The position numbers were made by a program, and so were the translations under genes. The notes beneath the pieces were generated by a model. It was not told the origin of the DNA and did not search any database. It worked only from the letters and a program-made list of their open reading frames with translations. DNA of 62,344 bases from assembly GCA_035310725.1 (NCBI GenBank), contig DATGDT010000122.1:1-62344 (forward strand), given 5' to 3'. The first letter of the stretch is position 1, and each line of letters opens with the position of its first letter. Positions 47,061-60,211 of this stretch are shown in pieces. This DNA is from Gemmatimonadales bacterium. Lineage in GTDB: Bacteria; Gemmatimonadota; Gemmatimonadetes; Gemmatimonadales; GWC2-71-9.

Positions 47061-47992
47061 GCCGTCAGGACTCCACGAAAGTAGGCGATCGTCCGGGTCA
47101 GGCCGTCGTCGAGTGGAATCTTGGGCTCCCACCCCAGTAGCTGCCGCGCGCGGGAGATGTCGGGCTGGCGCACGCGCGGATCGTCCACCGGCAGGGGCCG
47201 TTGTACGACCGGACTCTTGCTCCCGGTGAGCGCGAGCACGCGATCGGCGAGCTGGCGCACCGTGAATTCCCCGGGGTTTCCGATGTTGGTGGGGTCCGGC
47301 GTGCCCCGCTCGAACAGTCGCACGATCCCGTCGACCAGATCGTCCACGTAACAGAAGGAGCGCGTCTGGGAGCCGTCCCCGTAGATCGTAATCGGCTCTC
47401 CCCGCAACGCCTGCATGATGAAGTTCGAGACGACCCGCCCGTCATGCGGGCGCATCCGCGGGCCGAACGTGTTGAAGACGCGCACAATCCGGGTGTCGAT
47501 CCCGTGATAGCGATGGTAGGCCATGGTCATCGCTTCGGCAAACCGCTTCGCCTCGTCGTACACGCCGCGCGGGCCCACGGGATTGACGTTTCCCCAATAG
47601 CTCTCGGGCTGCGGATGCACGAGGGGATCGCCGTACACTTCGGACGTGGACGCGAGCAAAAACCGCGAGCGCTTCGCCCGCGCCAGCCCCAACGCCTTGT
47701 GCGTGCCCAGGGAGCCCACCTTCAACGTCTGAATGGGCAGCTCGAGGTAGTCTACCGGGCTCGCCGGACTGGCGAAGTGCATCACGCCGTCGAGCGGGCC
47801 GTCCACCTCGATGAAGGTGGTGACGTCGTGGCGCACGAACTGGAACGCGGGATGGTGCTCCAGGTGCGCCAGGTTCGCCGGCGTCCCGGTGATGTAGTTG
47901 TCCATCCCGATGACGCGGTGCCCATCCGCCAGCAGCCGGTCGCACAGGTGCGACCCGAGAAACCCCGCCGCCCCCGTTACGAGGATGCGCAT
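47057..47992 (-). CDS. UDP-glucuronate decarboxylase (UDP-xylose synthase)
   Basis: Start at [57 protein letters not shown] and FNTFGPRM are characteristic UXS motifs. Confidence 0.9.
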   Translation of the reverse strand: MRILVTGAAGFLGSHLCDRLLADGHRVIGMDNYITGTPANLAHLEHHPAFQFVRHDVTTFIEVDGPLDGVMHFASPASPVDYLELPIQTLKVGSLGTHKALGLARAKRSRFLLASTSEVYGDPLVHPQPESYWGNVNPVGPRGVYDEAKRFAEAMTMAYHRYHGIDTRIVRVFNTFGPRMRPHDGRVVSNFIMQALRGEPITIYGDGSQTRSFCYVDDLVDGIVRLFERGTPDPTNIGNPGEFTVRQLADRVLALTGSKSPVVQRPLPVDDPRVRQPDISRARQLLGWEPKIPLDDGLTRTIAYFRGVLTA

Positions 47993-49296
47993 GCGAGCGG
48001 GCGGCCGATGCAGTCGTAGGTGAACCCGAGCTCGGCGAGGCGCGGGCCTTCGTACAGGTTCCGGCCGTCGACGATGAGGGGCTGCTTGAGCGCCTGCTTC
48101 AGGCGGGCGAAGTCCGGATTGCGGTACTCCCGCCATTCCGTCACGATCACCAGCGCGTCCGCTCCGGCGACCGCGTCGTACGCATGTTCCACATACCGCA
48201 CGCGATCACCAAGCACGTGTCGCGCGGTCTCGATCGCGGCCGGGTCGTGGGCCTGCACCGTGGCGCCGGCGGCGAGCAGGGCTTCGACGAGCACGAGCGC
48301 CGGGCTCTCGCGCACGTCATCGGTCTCCGCCTTGAAGGCGAGACCCCACACGCCGATGGTGCGGCCCTTGAGCTTGCCGTCGAAGTGCCGCGCCACCTTC
48401 TCGTACAGCACGCGCTTTTGCCGCTCGTTACCGTCCTCGACCGCCTTCAGCACGCCGAGCGTGACTCCCTTGCCGTCGGCCGTCCGCACGAGCGCCTTGA
48501 CGTCCTTGGGGAAGCATGAGCCACCGTAGCCGGGGCCCGGGAACAGGAAGGCCGGGCCGATGCGATGATCGGAGCCGATGCCCTTGCGCACCAGCTGCAC
48601 GTCGGCGCCCACGGCCTCGCACAGCTGCGCTACCTGGTTCATGAACGTGATGCGGGTCGCGAGCATGGCGTTGGCGGCGTACTTGGTCATCTCCGCCGAC
48701 GGGATGTCCATGAAGATGAGCGGGTTGCCGGTGCGCACGAAGGGGCCGTACAGCTCCTCGAACATGCGGCGTGACTCCGGATGATCCACGCCCACGATCA
48801 CGCGGTCCGGTTTCATGAAGTCGTCGACGGCCGCGCCTTCCTTCAGGAACTCGGGATTGGAGCAGACGTGGAACGCCGTCTTGGTGTGCTTGGCGATTTC
48901 CGCCCGCACCAGCTCCGCCGTCCCGACCGGCACGGTGCTCTTGGTGGCCACGACCTTGGGCCGGTTCATGTGCTGCCCGATGGTCCGCGCGACGGCCAGG
49001 ACGTGCTGGAGGTCCGCCGAGCCGTCTTCGTCGGGCGGCGTGCCGACGGCGATGAACACGACATCGGACGCCTCGATCGCCGCCGCGACATCGGTCGTGA
49101 ACTGCAGCCGTCCATCCCGCTGATTGCGCACCACGAGCGGCTCGAGCCCTGGCTCGTAGATCGGCAGCCGGTTCTCCTTCAGGCCGGCGATCTTCTTCGT
49201 ATCCACATCGGCGCACAGCACGTCGTTGCCGGTCTCGGCAAAGCAGGCGCCCACGACGAGCCCCACGTAGCCGGTTCCCACCACGCAGAGCTTCAC
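47977..49296 (-). CDS. ugd: UDP-glucose 6-dehydrogenase
   Basis: 439 aa. [24 protein letters not shown] is present, and the catalytic Cys motif is [11 protein letters not shown]. Confidence 0.95.
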   Translation of the reverse strand: MKLCVVGTGYVGLVVGACFAETGNDVLCADVDTKKIAGLKENRLPIYEPGLEPLVVRNQRDGRLQFTTDVAAAIEASDVVFIAVGTPPDEDGSADLQHVLAVARTIGQHMNRPKVVATKSTVPVGTAELVRAEIAKHTKTAFHVCSNPEFLKEGAAVDDFMKPDRVIVGVDHPESRRMFEELYGPFVRTGNPLIFMDIPSAEMTKYAANAMLATRITFMNQVAQLCEAVGADVQLVRKGIGSDHRIGPAFLFPGPGYGGSCFPKDVKALVRTADGKGVTLGVLKAVEDGNERQKRVLYEKVARHFDGKLKGRTIGVWGLAFKAETDDVRESPALVLVEALLAAGATVQAHDPAAIETARHVLGDRVRYVEHAYDAVAGADALVIVTEWREYRNPDFARLKQALKQPLIVDGRNLYEGPRLAELGFTYDCIGRPLACASS

Positions 49297-50606
49297 GACG
49301 GCCTCCTGGTTTCGGCCGGCAGGGCGTGCCGGGTGTCGACCACGAGCTTCGCCTCGCGCGCGATGAGCCCGTAGTCGATCGACGAGTGGTCGGTGACGAT
49401 CACCACGCAGTCGGCGGCGCGCAGCGCCTCGGCGCTGAGCGGGACGGACGTGAGCTCCACCCCGTCTTCGTGCAGCCGGGCCACGTGTGGATCGTGAAAC
49501 GACACGACGGCCCCCCGCTGCTCGAGCAGCCGGATCACGTCGAGGGCGGGGCTTTCCCGGATGTCGTCGATATCCTTCTTATAGGCGACCCCCACCACCA
49601 GCACCTTGCTGCGGCGCACCGCCTTGCCCTGATCGTTGAGGCGATCCGCCACCCGGGCCACCCAGTACTCGGGCATCTCCGCGTTGATTTCGCCCGCGAG
49701 CTCGATGAACCGCGTCCGGTAGTTCAGGGTGCGCATCTTCCACGCGAGATAGTGCGGATCCAGCGGGATGCAGTGCCCGCCGACCCCCGGCCCCGGGGTG
49801 AACTTCATGAACCCGAACGGCTTGGTCGCCGCGGCATCGATCACCTCCCACACGTCGACGCCCAGCTTGTCGCACACGATGGCCATCTCGTTCACCAGCC
49901 CGATGTTCACGCTGCGGAAGGTGTTCTCGAGGATTTTCACGAGCTCGGCCGCCTCGGTCGAGGAGACGGGAACCAGCCGCTCGATCGACGGCTGGTACAG
50001 CGCCATCGTCACCTCGAGGCAGTTCGGCGTGATGCCGCCCACCACCTTCGGCGTGTTGCGCGTGCCGTACTTCGGGTTGCCGGGATCCACCCGCTCGGGC
50101 GAGAAGGCCAGGAAGAAGTCCTCGCCCACCTTGAGGCCGGTGCTCTCGAGCGCCGGGAGCATCAACTCGCGCGTCGTGCCCGGGTACGTGGTGGACTCGA
50201 GGATCACCAGCTGGCCGCGCCGCAGCGTCTTCTTGATGGAATCGGTCGCCGCGATCACGTAGCTGACGTCGGGGTCCTTGGTCTTGGAAAGCGGCGTCGG
50301 CACCGCGATGGAAATCGCGTCCGGCTCGGCCAGCCGCGACAGGTCGGTCGTCGCCGAGAACTTCTTCTCCTTCACGGCGGCGGCGATCTCGCTGGACGGA
50401 ACGTCCTGCACGTGGGAGCGGCCCGCGTTCAGGTTGTCCACCACGCGCTGGCTGATGTCGAAGCCGAGCACGCGGTAGCCGGCGCGCACCAGCTCCATCG
50501 CCAGCGGCAACCCGACGTAGCCAAGGCCGACGATACCGAACAGCGCGGAGCGGTCCTTGGCCTTGGCCAGGAGCGCATCACGGGGAGATTGTGAGACCGG
50601 TGTCAT
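49293..50606 (-). CDS. Nucleotide-sugar dehydrogenase, UDP-GlcNAc 6-dehydrogenase (WbpA)-like
   Basis: 437 aa. GIVGLGYVGLPLAMEL and GVGGHCIPLDP are present. The WbpA assignment is inferred from the adjacent WbpB/E/D-like genes. Confidence 0.8.
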   Translation of the reverse strand: MTPVSQSPRDALLAKAKDRSALFGIVGLGYVGLPLAMELVRAGYRVLGFDISQRVVDNLNAGRSHVQDVPSSEIAAAVKEKKFSATTDLSRLAEPDAISIAVPTPLSKTKDPDVSYVIAATDSIKKTLRRGQLVILESTTYPGTTRELMLPALESTGLKVGEDFFLAFSPERVDPGNPKYGTRNTPKVVGGITPNCLEVTMALYQPSIERLVPVSSTEAAELVKILENTFRSVNIGLVNEMAIVCDKLGVDVWEVIDAAATKPFGFMKFTPGPGVGGHCIPLDPHYLAWKMRTLNYRTRFIELAGEINAEMPEYWVARVADRLNDQGKAVRRSKVLVVGVAYKKDIDDIRESPALDVIRLLEQRGAVVSFHDPHVARLHEDGVELTSVPLSAEALRAADCVVIVTDHSSIDYGLIAREAKLVVDTRHALPAETRRPS

Positions 50607-51607
50607 ATGGTGATCGGGGTTCCTCCGCCCGCGAGCGAGCGCGTAGCAGCCTCCAGCACACGGATCACGCGCACGCCGTCCGCGGCGCTCGCGCGGGGAG
50701 CCTCCGCCCCACGCGCGACTCGCACGAAATGCGCGAGCTCGGCGCCGAGCGGCTCCACGTTGGGAATCTTGGGGATGAAGATGTCACCCTCGCGAATGGC
50801 GAGACTCTCGCCCCAGGAAGCGTAATCGGGAGGGCGCGTCACGCCCTTATCGTAGATGCGCAGCTTTTCACGCGGCTCCATGTCGTCGAAGACCACCATC
50901 TTGCGGTCGCCCACCACGGTGAGCTTGCGCTCCTTGTGCGGGTCGAGCCACGACAGTTGGACGTGCGCCACGGTGCCGCTGGCGAACTCCATGTGGAGGA
51001 ACACCACATCTTCCACGCCCAGCTGCAGATAGCACGACCCCTGCGCGGTGACCCGAACCGGCGCCTCCCCTAGCAAATGGAGGGCCACGGAGACGTCGTG
51101 CGGCCCGAAGCTCCAGAGGGCATTTTCGTCAGCCCGTACCTGGCCCAGATTCACCCGCAGCCCGTACATGTAGAGCACCCGCCCCAGCTCCCCCGCCGTG
51201 ATCAGCGCCCGCAGGGCATCCACTGCGGGGTGGAACACAAGCAGGTGCCCCACCAGGACCGGGACCTTGCGGGCTGCCGCCGCGGCGGCCACCGCCTCGG
51301 CATCGGCGACGCCCAGCGCGAACGGCTTCTCCACCAGGCACGGCTTCCCCGCCCCGATCGCCCGCTGGGCCAGCTCGGCGTGCGTCTTGGCGGGCGCGGC
51401 GATGACGACCGCCTCGACCCGCCCCAGCAGGGCGTCCACGTCGTCGGTCACGAACGCGGACGGGAACTGGCGCCCGACCGTCTGGCGCACCTTCTCCTGT
51501 GTGTCACACACGGCCGCGAGCTCGGCATCGGCGAGCCCGGCCACCGTCCGCACATGGTTTCTGCCCCATGCCCCGGCGCCGATGACGCCGAGTTTCAGCC
51601 GGTTCAC
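50603..51607 (-). CDS. Gfo/Idh/MocA oxidoreductase, WbpB-like
   Basis: GTG 51607 forms a GTGA overlap with the aminotransferase stop. Sequence: MNRLKLGVIGAGAWGRNHV...CLVEKPFA. Confidence 0.8.
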   Translation of the reverse strand: MNRLKLGVIGAGAWGRNHVRTVAGLADAELAAVCDTQEKVRQTVGRQFPSAFVTDDVDALLGRVEAVVIAAPAKTHAELAQRAIGAGKPCLVEKPFALGVADAEAVAAAAAARKVPVLVGHLLVFHPAVDALRALITAGELGRVLYMYGLRVNLGQVRADENALWSFGPHDVSVALHLLGEAPVRVTAQGSCYLQLGVEDVVFLHMEFASGTVAHVQLSWLDPHKERKLTVVGDRKMVVFDDMEPREKLRIYDKGVTRPPDYASWGESLAIREGDIFIPKIPNVEPLGAELAHFVRVARGAEAPRASAADGVRVIRVLEAATRSLAGGGTPITI

Positions 51608-52719
51608 CGGTAGAACTCGCGAATCGCGTCGATCACATAATCGAGCTGCGCGTGGGTGAGCTCCGGGAAGATGGGGAGCGACAAGACGTCCTCGGCCGCC
51701 TGCTCGGAGCGCGGCAGGCTGCCCGCCTTGTACCCGAGGGACGCGAAGCACGCCTGACGGTGCAGCGGGATCGGGTAGTAGATCGCCGAGCCGATCCCTT
51801 TGGCCTTGAGATGGGCCTGGAGGCCGTCACGACGCTCCACCCGCAGCGTGTATTGATGGAAGATGTGCTCGTTCCCGGGGGCGACGGCCGGGGCGCGGAC
51901 CGCACCGATATCGGCGAGCCCGGCCCCGTAGTACGCGGCGTGCTCGCGACGCCGGCTCGACCAGTCCGCCAGATGCGGCAGCTTGGCCAGCAGCACCGCG
52001 GCCTGCAGTGTGTCGAGCCGCGAGTTCGTCCCGACTTCCTCGTGATGGTACATCTTGGCGCCGCCGTGCAGCCGCAGTTTGCGCAGCCGCTCGGCCGCTG
52101 CGTCGTCGGACGTCACCATCATCCCGGCGTCGCCCCAGGCGCCCAGATTCTTGCTCGGGAAAAACGAGTAGCCCGTCACCCACCCCAGCTCGCCAGCCAT
52201 CCGCCACACGCCGTCGATCGAACGCCGCGCACCGATCGCCTGGGCGGCGTCCTCGATCACCTTCAGGCCGCGTCGCTGAGCGATCGCCAGCAGCCGCTCC
52301 ATCTCCGCCATCTGCCCGTAGAGATGGACCGGCATGATGGCACGGGTTCGGGGCGTGACCGCCGCCTCGACCGCCGCCGGATCGATGTTGAACGTCCCCG
52401 CGTCGATATCCACGAAGACCGGCGTGCCGCCGGCGTTGTGGATCGTGCCCGCCGTCGCGAAGAAGGTGAACGGCGACGTGATGATCTCGTCGCCGGGCTT
52501 GAGGTTGAGCGCCTTCAGCGGCAGCAGCAGGGCGTCGGTGCCGCTGGCACAGCCGACACCATGGCGGGCGTGCGACAGCTCGGCCACCTTGGCCTCGAGC
52601 TGCGCCACGGCCGGTCCCATGATGAACTGCTGCGATTCGATGACCGCCTGAAGGGCGGGAAGGACCTCGTCCTTGATGGTGCGATACTGGCCGACCAGGT
52701 CCAGCAACGGCACGTTCAC
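51604..52719 (-). CDS. DegT/DnrJ/EryC1/StrS-family PLP aminotransferase, WbpE-like
   Basis: 371 aa. GCASGTDALLL is present, and the PLP-lysine region is SFFPSKNLGAWGDAG. Confidence 0.88.
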   Translation of the reverse strand: MNVPLLDLVGQYRTIKDEVLPALQAVIESQQFIMGPAVAQLEAKVAELSHARHGVGCASGTDALLLPLKALNLKPGDEIITSPFTFFATAGTIHNAGGTPVFVDIDAGTFNIDPAAVEAAVTPRTRAIMPVHLYGQMAEMERLLAIAQRRGLKVIEDAAQAIGARRSIDGVWRMAGELGWVTGYSFFPSKNLGAWGDAGMMVTSDDAAAERLRKLRLHGGAKMYHHEEVGTNSRLDTLQAAVLLAKLPHLADWSSRRREHAAYYGAGLADIGAVRAPAVAPGNEHIFHQYTLRVERRDGLQAHLKAKGIGSAIYYPIPLHRQACFASLGYKAGSLPRSEQAAEDVLSLPIFPELTHAQLDYVIDAIREFYR

Positions 52720-52767
52720 GTAGACTCTATCCGCAAAAGAGGCAACAATTTACACAGATGGGCCGGG

Positions 52768-53340
52768 TCAGGCAATCGGGCGCAGCACGCCCCCCGTTTC
52801 CTCATAGGACGTGCCGCAGGCGGCGCAGCGGGCGCGCCCTCCCGAGACGGTCAAGCGCTCGCCGCAGCGGCACATCCAGCCGATGCGCCGGGCCGGGACC
52901 CCGACCATCAGGGCGTAGGCAAGGACGTCGGTGGTGACCACCGCGCCGGCGCCGACGAAACTGTACTCGCCCAGGGTGACGCCGCACACGATGGTGGCGT
53001 TGGCCCCGATCGAGGTCCCGCGCCGGACCAGCGTCTTCTTGTATTCGCTCTTGCGGGAGACATGGCTGCGCGGGTTGATCACGTTGGTGAACACGCACGA
53101 GGGCCCGCAGAACACATCGTCTTCGAGCTCCACGCCCTCGTAGATCGAGACGTTGTTCTGGATCTTGACGTTCGTGCCGATGCGCGTGCCCGGCATCACG
53201 ACCACGTTCTGCCCCAGGTTGCAGCGCTCACCGATGACGGCGCCGCTCATGACGTGGCAGAAGTGCCAGATCTTGGATCCCTTCCCGACCTGCGCGCCCT
53301 CGTCCACGAAGCTCGAGGGGTGGACGAAGTAGTCGGCCAC
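52768..53340 (-). CDS. Hexapeptide-repeat N-acetyltransferase, WbpD-like, with a C-terminal Cys-rich tail
   Basis: 190 aa. [30 protein letters not shown] is followed by left-handed beta-helix repeats. The tail is [20 protein letters not shown]. Confidence 0.82.
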   Translation of the reverse strand: MADYFVHPSSFVDEGAQVGKGSKIWHFCHVMSGAVIGERCNLGQNVVVMPGTRIGTNVKIQNNVSIYEGVELEDDVFCGPSCVFTNVINPRSHVSRKSEYKKTLVRRGTSIGANATIVCGVTLGEYSFVGAGAVVTTDVLAYALMVGVPARRIGWMCRCGERLTVSGGRARCAACGTSYEETGGVLRPIA

Positions 53341-53341
53341 C

Positions 53342-54196
53342 CTAGACCCCGACCACCTTGATTTCCAGGCCGAGCTCGACGCCCGCCTTCTTGGCGACCG
53401 TCTTCTGCACGTGATCGATGAGCTTGAGGACGTCGGCCGCGGTGGCCGTCCCCGTGTTGACGATGTAGTTGGCGTGCATCGTCGAAACCTGGGCCCCGCC
53501 GATCCGGAACCCCTTGAGCCCCACCTCGTCGATCAGCATCCCGGCGGACTGTTTGCCGCCCGGATTCTTGAAGGTCGAACCGGCGCACGGCTGGTCGAAC
53601 GGTGTGCCGGCCTTGCGCCACCGGAACAGCTTGGCCTGGAGCTCCTTGAGCTTCGCCGGAGCTTCCTCTCCGAGGCCCAGCTTCGCCTCGAGCACGATCA
53701 CGTCGCCCAGGTTCGAGCCCCGGTACTTGTAGGAGATCTGCTTGCGGGGGATGGTGCGCGTCTTCCCCTTGCTGTCCATCACCGTCACCTCGGTGACGAT
53801 TTCGGCGAATTCGGCGCCATGGCAGCCGGCGTTCATGTAGATGCCGCCGCCCACGGTCCCCGGAATGCCGATGAACCGCTCGACGCCCGAAAATCCGGCC
53901 TCGGCGGTCCGCCGCGCCAGGATCGGCGTCGGCATGCCGGCTCCGACGATCGCGATGGCGCCCTTCATCTCGAACTTGTCGAGGCCCTTCCCCATGCGGA
54001 TCACGAGACCGGGGAAGCCCCCGTCCCGCACCAGCAGGTTGGAGCCGAGGCCGATCACGAGCCACGGCAGGCCCCGTTCCCGCGCCATGTCGAGGCCCTT
54101 GATGACGTCCTCGACGTCGCCCGGCTGCAGCAGGTAGCGCGCCGGCCCGCCGATGCGCCACGTCGTGTAACGCGACAGCGGCTCGTTCTCGAGCAT
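53342..54196 (-). CDS. murB: UDP-N-acetylenolpyruvoylglucosamine reductase
   Basis: [22 protein letters not shown]...GLGSNLLV...[16 protein letters not shown] list the conservative start at ATG 54196. An upstream in-frame ATG at 54409 would add a 71-aa Lys/Ala/Pro-rich extension (see findings). Confidence 0.92.
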   Translation of the reverse strand: MLENEPLSRYTTWRIGGPARYLLQPGDVEDVIKGLDMARERGLPWLVIGLGSNLLVRDGGFPGLVIRMGKGLDKFEMKGAIAIVGAGMPTPILARRTAEAGFSGVERFIGIPGTVGGGIYMNAGCHGAEFAEIVTEVTVMDSKGKTRTIPRKQISYKYRGSNLGDVIVLEAKLGLGEEAPAKLKELQAKLFRWRKAGTPFDQPCAGSTFKNPGGKQSAGMLIDEVGLKGFRIGGAQVSTMHANYIVNTGTATAADVLKLIDHVQKTVAKKAGVELGLEIKVVGV

Positions 54197-54315
54197 GCGC
54201 CCGTGGAACTTCAGCTTGGGGACGACCGGCGTCGCCGGTTTGGCCACGGCCGCCGGCTTGCCGGCGACCGCCTTGCCGGCAGGCGCCTTGCCCTTCCCCT
54301 TCGCCACCCCCTTGG

Positions 54316-57300
54316 CTACCGGGGCGCGGGGTGCGGGACGGGGGGCGGACTTGCGGCCGGGGCGCTGCTGGCCGGCGGCCGGCTTTCGACTCTCATGCTT
54401 TCGTGCCATTCCTGGAGGCTCCTCACACTTCCTCGGCGACTGCGCAGGGCGATGATCGCATCGCACGCCGCGCTGGCCGCGGACATCGTCGTCGTGTACG
54501 GCACCCGGTGCACGATGGCCGCGCGCCGGATGGCGTAATCGTCCTGCTGGGTGAACTTGCCCAGCGGGGTGTTGATCAGCAGCTGAATCTCTCCCGAGAC
54601 CAGCAGGTCGATCGCATTGGGCCGTCCTTCGTGCACTTTCGCGACCCGCTCCGCCGGCACGCCGCGCGCCCGGAGATAGCGCTGCGTGCCTTCCGTCGCC
54701 AGGATGCGGAACCCCAGCTCGTGGAACCGGCGCACGATCGGCGTTACCGTCGGCTTGTCCGAGTCGTTGACCGTCACGAACACCGCGCCCTGAAGCGGCA
54801 AGCTGCCGTCCGCCGCGATCTGGGCCTTGGCGAACGCCATCCCGAAGCTGTCGGCGAACCCCATGGCCTCGCCGGTGGAGCGCATCTCCGGGCCCAAAAC
54901 GGTATCCACGTTGGGCAGTTTGGTGAAGGGGAACACGGCCTCCTTCACCGCCACGCCGGGGACGGGAAGCTCGTCGGCCAGCCCCAGCTCGTCCAGGGAG
55001 TGCCCCACCATGACGGCCGCCGCCAACTTCGCCAGCGGCACGCCGGTGGCCTTGCTCACAAACGGCACGGTCCGCGAGGCCCGGGGGTTCACCTCCAGCA
55101 CGTACACCACGCCGTCCTTGATGGCGTACTGGACGTTGAGCAGCCCCACCACGCCAAGGGCCTGGGCGAAGGCCTGCGTGTGCCGGCGCATCTCCTCCAC
55201 CTGCTGGTCCCCGATCAGGTAGGGCGGCAGGACGCACGCGGAATCCCCCGAATGCACACCCGCGTCCTCGATGTGCTGCATCACGCCGCCCACGACGCAG
55301 CGCTTGCCGTCGGCGATGGCATCGACATCGGCCTCGAACGCGTCCTCGAGAAAGCGGTCGATCAGCACGGGATGCTCGGGTGCCACCCGGGCAGCCTTCT
55401 CGAAGAACTCCCGCAGCGAGCCCGGGTCGTACACGATCTCCATCGCTCGTCCGCCCAGGACGTAGGACGGCCGGATGAGCACCGGGTAGCCGATGCGGTC
55501 CGCGACCGCGAGCGCCTCAGCGACCGAGCGCGCCGTGCCGTTGGGTGGCTGCGTCACCCCCAGGCGGCGCGCGAGCTGCTCGAAGCGCTCCCGATCCTCG
55601 GCCGTATCGATAGCGTCGGGGCTCGTCCCCAGGATGGGCACGCCGGCTGCAGCGAGGGCATTGGTGAGGCGCAACGGAGTCTGGCCGCCGAGCTGGACGA
55701 CGACGCCGCGGGGACGCTCGAGGCTGACGATCTCGATGACATCCTCGAACGTGAGCGGCTCGAAGTACAGCTTGTCCGAGATGTCGAAGTCGGTGGAGAC
55801 CGTCTCGGGGTTCGAGTTGATCATGATCGTCTTGAACCCGAGGTCGCGGAACGCAAGCCCAGCGCGCACGCAGCAGTAGTCGAACTCCACCCCCTGGCCG
55901 ATGCGGTTCGGCCCGCTCCCCAGGATCACGATGCCCCGATCGCCGAACGGCTCCGACTCGTTCTCGTCGTCGTACGAGGAGTAGAGATAGGGCGTCGACG
56001 ACGGGAACTCCCCCGCGCACGTGTCCACCGTCTTGTAGGCGGGCCGGACGCCCAAGGCCCAGCGCTGTTCGCGCACCGCCTCCTCGGTGGTGCCGCGCAA
56101 CGTCGCCAGCTGGCGGTCGGAGAAGCCCATCCGCTTCATGCGGCGCAGCTCCGCCGCGCCCACCTCCGCCAGTCCGGTGAACCAGCGCTCGGCCTCGAGC
56201 AGCTCCTCCATCTGGAACAGGAACCAGGGGTCGATGCCCGACGCCTGCGTGATGGCGTCCACGGAGAGCCCGGCCGCGAGCGCGCGCTTGACCTGGAAGA
56301 TCCGCTCGGGCGTGGGGGTCCGCAGGGCTACCCGCAGGTCTTCCGGCGCATCGCTCGTCAACCGGTCGTCGCCCAGCGTCTGCCCCACGACCCACCCCGA
56401 GCGTCCCGCCTCGAGCGCACGCAGCCCCTTCTGGAACGCCTCCTTGAAGGTGCGGCCGATGGCCATCGCCTCGCCCACCGACTTCATCTGCGTCGTCAGC
56501 CGGAAGTCGGCGGTCGGGAACTTCTCGAACGCGAAGCGCGGCACCTTCACGACGACGTAGTCGAGCACGGGCTCGAAGGAGGCCGGCGTGGTCTTCGTGA
56601 TGTCGTTGGGCAGCTCGTCGAGCGTATACCCGACGGCGAGCTTCGCGCCGATGCGCGCGATCGGAAATCCCGTGGCCTTGGACGCGAGCGCCGAAGAGCG
56701 CGACACGCGGGGATTCATCTCGATCACCAGCATCTCGCCGTCGGCCGGGTTCACGGCGAACTGGATGTTGCAGCCGCCCGCGGCCACGCCGACCTCGCGG
56801 ATGATGGCGATCGACGCGTCCCGCATCCGCTGATACTCGCGGTCGGTGAGCGTCATGGCGGGCGCGACGGTGATGGAATCGCCGGTGTGGACGCCCATCG
56901 GATCGAGGTTCTCGATCGAGCAGACGATCACGACGTTGTCGCGGCCGTCGCGCATCACCTCGAGCTCGTATTCCTTCCAGCCCAGTACCGACCGTTCGAT
57001 CAGGGTCGAGTGCACGGGCGACAGATCCAGCGCGCCCTCGACCAGCTCCTCGAACTCCGCCCGGTTGTACGCGACACCGCCCCCGGTGCCGCCCAGCGTG
57101 AACGACGGCCGGACGATCGCCGGGTACCCGGTCGCCGCCACCGCTTCGAGCGCCTCCTCCAGCGAGCCCACCGTGCGGCCGCGCGGCGCGTCCAGCCCGA
57201 TACGCCGCAGCGCCGCCGCGAATTCCGCCCGGTCCTCCGCCATCTGGATCGCGCGCGCCGAGGCGCCGATCAGCTCGACCCCGAACTCCGCCAGTGTGCC

Positions 57301-57598
57301 GTTCTTGGCCAGCGCCGTGGCGACGTTCAACGCCGTCTGGCCGCCCATGGTCGGCAGCAGCGCGTCGGGGCGCTCGCGCTCGATCACCAGACGGACCCAC
57401 TCCGGCGTGACCGGCTCGATGTAGGTGCGGTCGGCCAGCTCGGGATCGGTCATGATGGTGGCGGGGTTCGAGTTCACGAGAATGACCTCGTACCCTTCTT
57501 CTTTCAGCGCCTTCACCGCCTGCGTGCCCGAATAATCGAACTCGGCGGCCTGGCCGATCACGATCGGGCCGGACCCGAGCAGCAGGATGCGACGCAGG

Positions 57599-57615
<17 letters not shown>
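54316..57615 (-). CDS. carB: Carbamoyl-phosphate synthase large subunit
   Basis: Start at [32 protein letters not shown]. It has duplicated ATP-grasp halves and ends ...SLQEWHE plus a ~25-aa Pro/Ser/Ala tail. Confidence 0.98.
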
Positions 57616-59589
<1,974 letters not shown>

Positions 59590-59604
59590 CTACGGGACGA
59601 ACCT

Positions 59605-59796
59605 ATGGCTCGAGTATGCGAGATTTGTGGCAAAGGCCCGACGACGGGCCACAACGTGAGCCACGCCAACAACAAGACGAACCGCCGCTGGTATCCGAAC
59701 CTGCAGCGGGTGCGCGCCGTGGTTGACGGCCGCACGCGGCGCATCCGGGCCTGCACCCGGTGCATCAAGTCGAACAAGGTGACCAAGGCCGCTTGA
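59605..59796 (+). CDS. rpmB: 50S ribosomal protein L28
   Basis: 63 aa: [42 protein letters not shown]... It is embedded in a longer spurious track ORF. Confidence 0.95.
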   Translation: MARVCEICGKGPTTGHNVSHANNKTNRRWYPNLQRVRAVVDGRTRRIRACTRCIKSNKVTKAA

Positions 59797-59798
59797 AA

Positions 59799-59825
59799 GA
59801 AGGGGGACCCATCGGGCCCCCCTTC
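59799..59825. terminator. Hairpin between convergent rpmB and rplQ (bidirectional terminator candidate)
   Basis: gaaggggg (59799-59806) pairs with cccccttc (59818-59825), with inner ccc/ggg pairs. It starts 3 nt after the rpmB stop. Confidence 0.55.
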
Positions 59826-59854
59826 GCGCATTCGCTTCCCTCCGCGCCAGTCGC

Positions 59855-60211
59855 TCACTCACTCAGCAGCTCGATTCGCGCCACATCCGCGCCGTCGCCC
59901 GGCCGGTGGCCGAGCTTGACGATGCGCGTGTAGCCGCCGGGACGTGCGGCGAAGCGCTTCCCCAGCTCGGCGAAGAGCCGGTGGGTGACCTCGCGATCCT
60001 TGATGCGACGCTCGACCAGGCGGCGCGCGTGCAGGTCGCCGCGGCGCGCCAGTGTGATGAGCCGCTCCGCGTAGGGCCGCAGCTCCTTGGCCTTCGCCTC
60101 GGTCGTCTCGATGCGGTCGTGCCGGAACAGGCTGGTCGCCATGTTGGCGAGCAACGCCTTGCGATGACTCGAAGTGCGCGACAGCTGCCGGTGCTTGGCG
60201 CGGTGGCGCAC
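59855..60211 (-). CDS. rplQ: 50S ribosomal protein L17
   Basis: 118 aa. [28 protein letters not shown]... Confidence 0.97.
   Translation of the reverse strand: MRHRAKHRQLSRTSSHRKALLANMATSLFRHDRIETTEAKAKELRPYAERLITLARRGDLHARRLVERRIKDREVTHRLFAELGKRFAARPGGYTRIVKLGHRPGDGADVARIELLSE

Noticed and set aside
52768-52870. The Cys-rich C-terminal tail ([20 protein letters not shown]) of the WbpD-like acetyltransferase as a novel zinc-ribbon fusion
   Set aside because: As I recall, homologous sugar N-acetyltransferases of this family commonly carry a conserved C-terminal extension at this position. It is probably a family feature rather than a new fusion. I cannot verify this without a database search.
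53342-55237. A 631-aa ORF extending murB far into carB
   Set aside because: Upstream of ATG 54409 the frame is Arg/Gly/Pro-rich shadow sequence inside the carB coding region. MurB homology begins near 54196.
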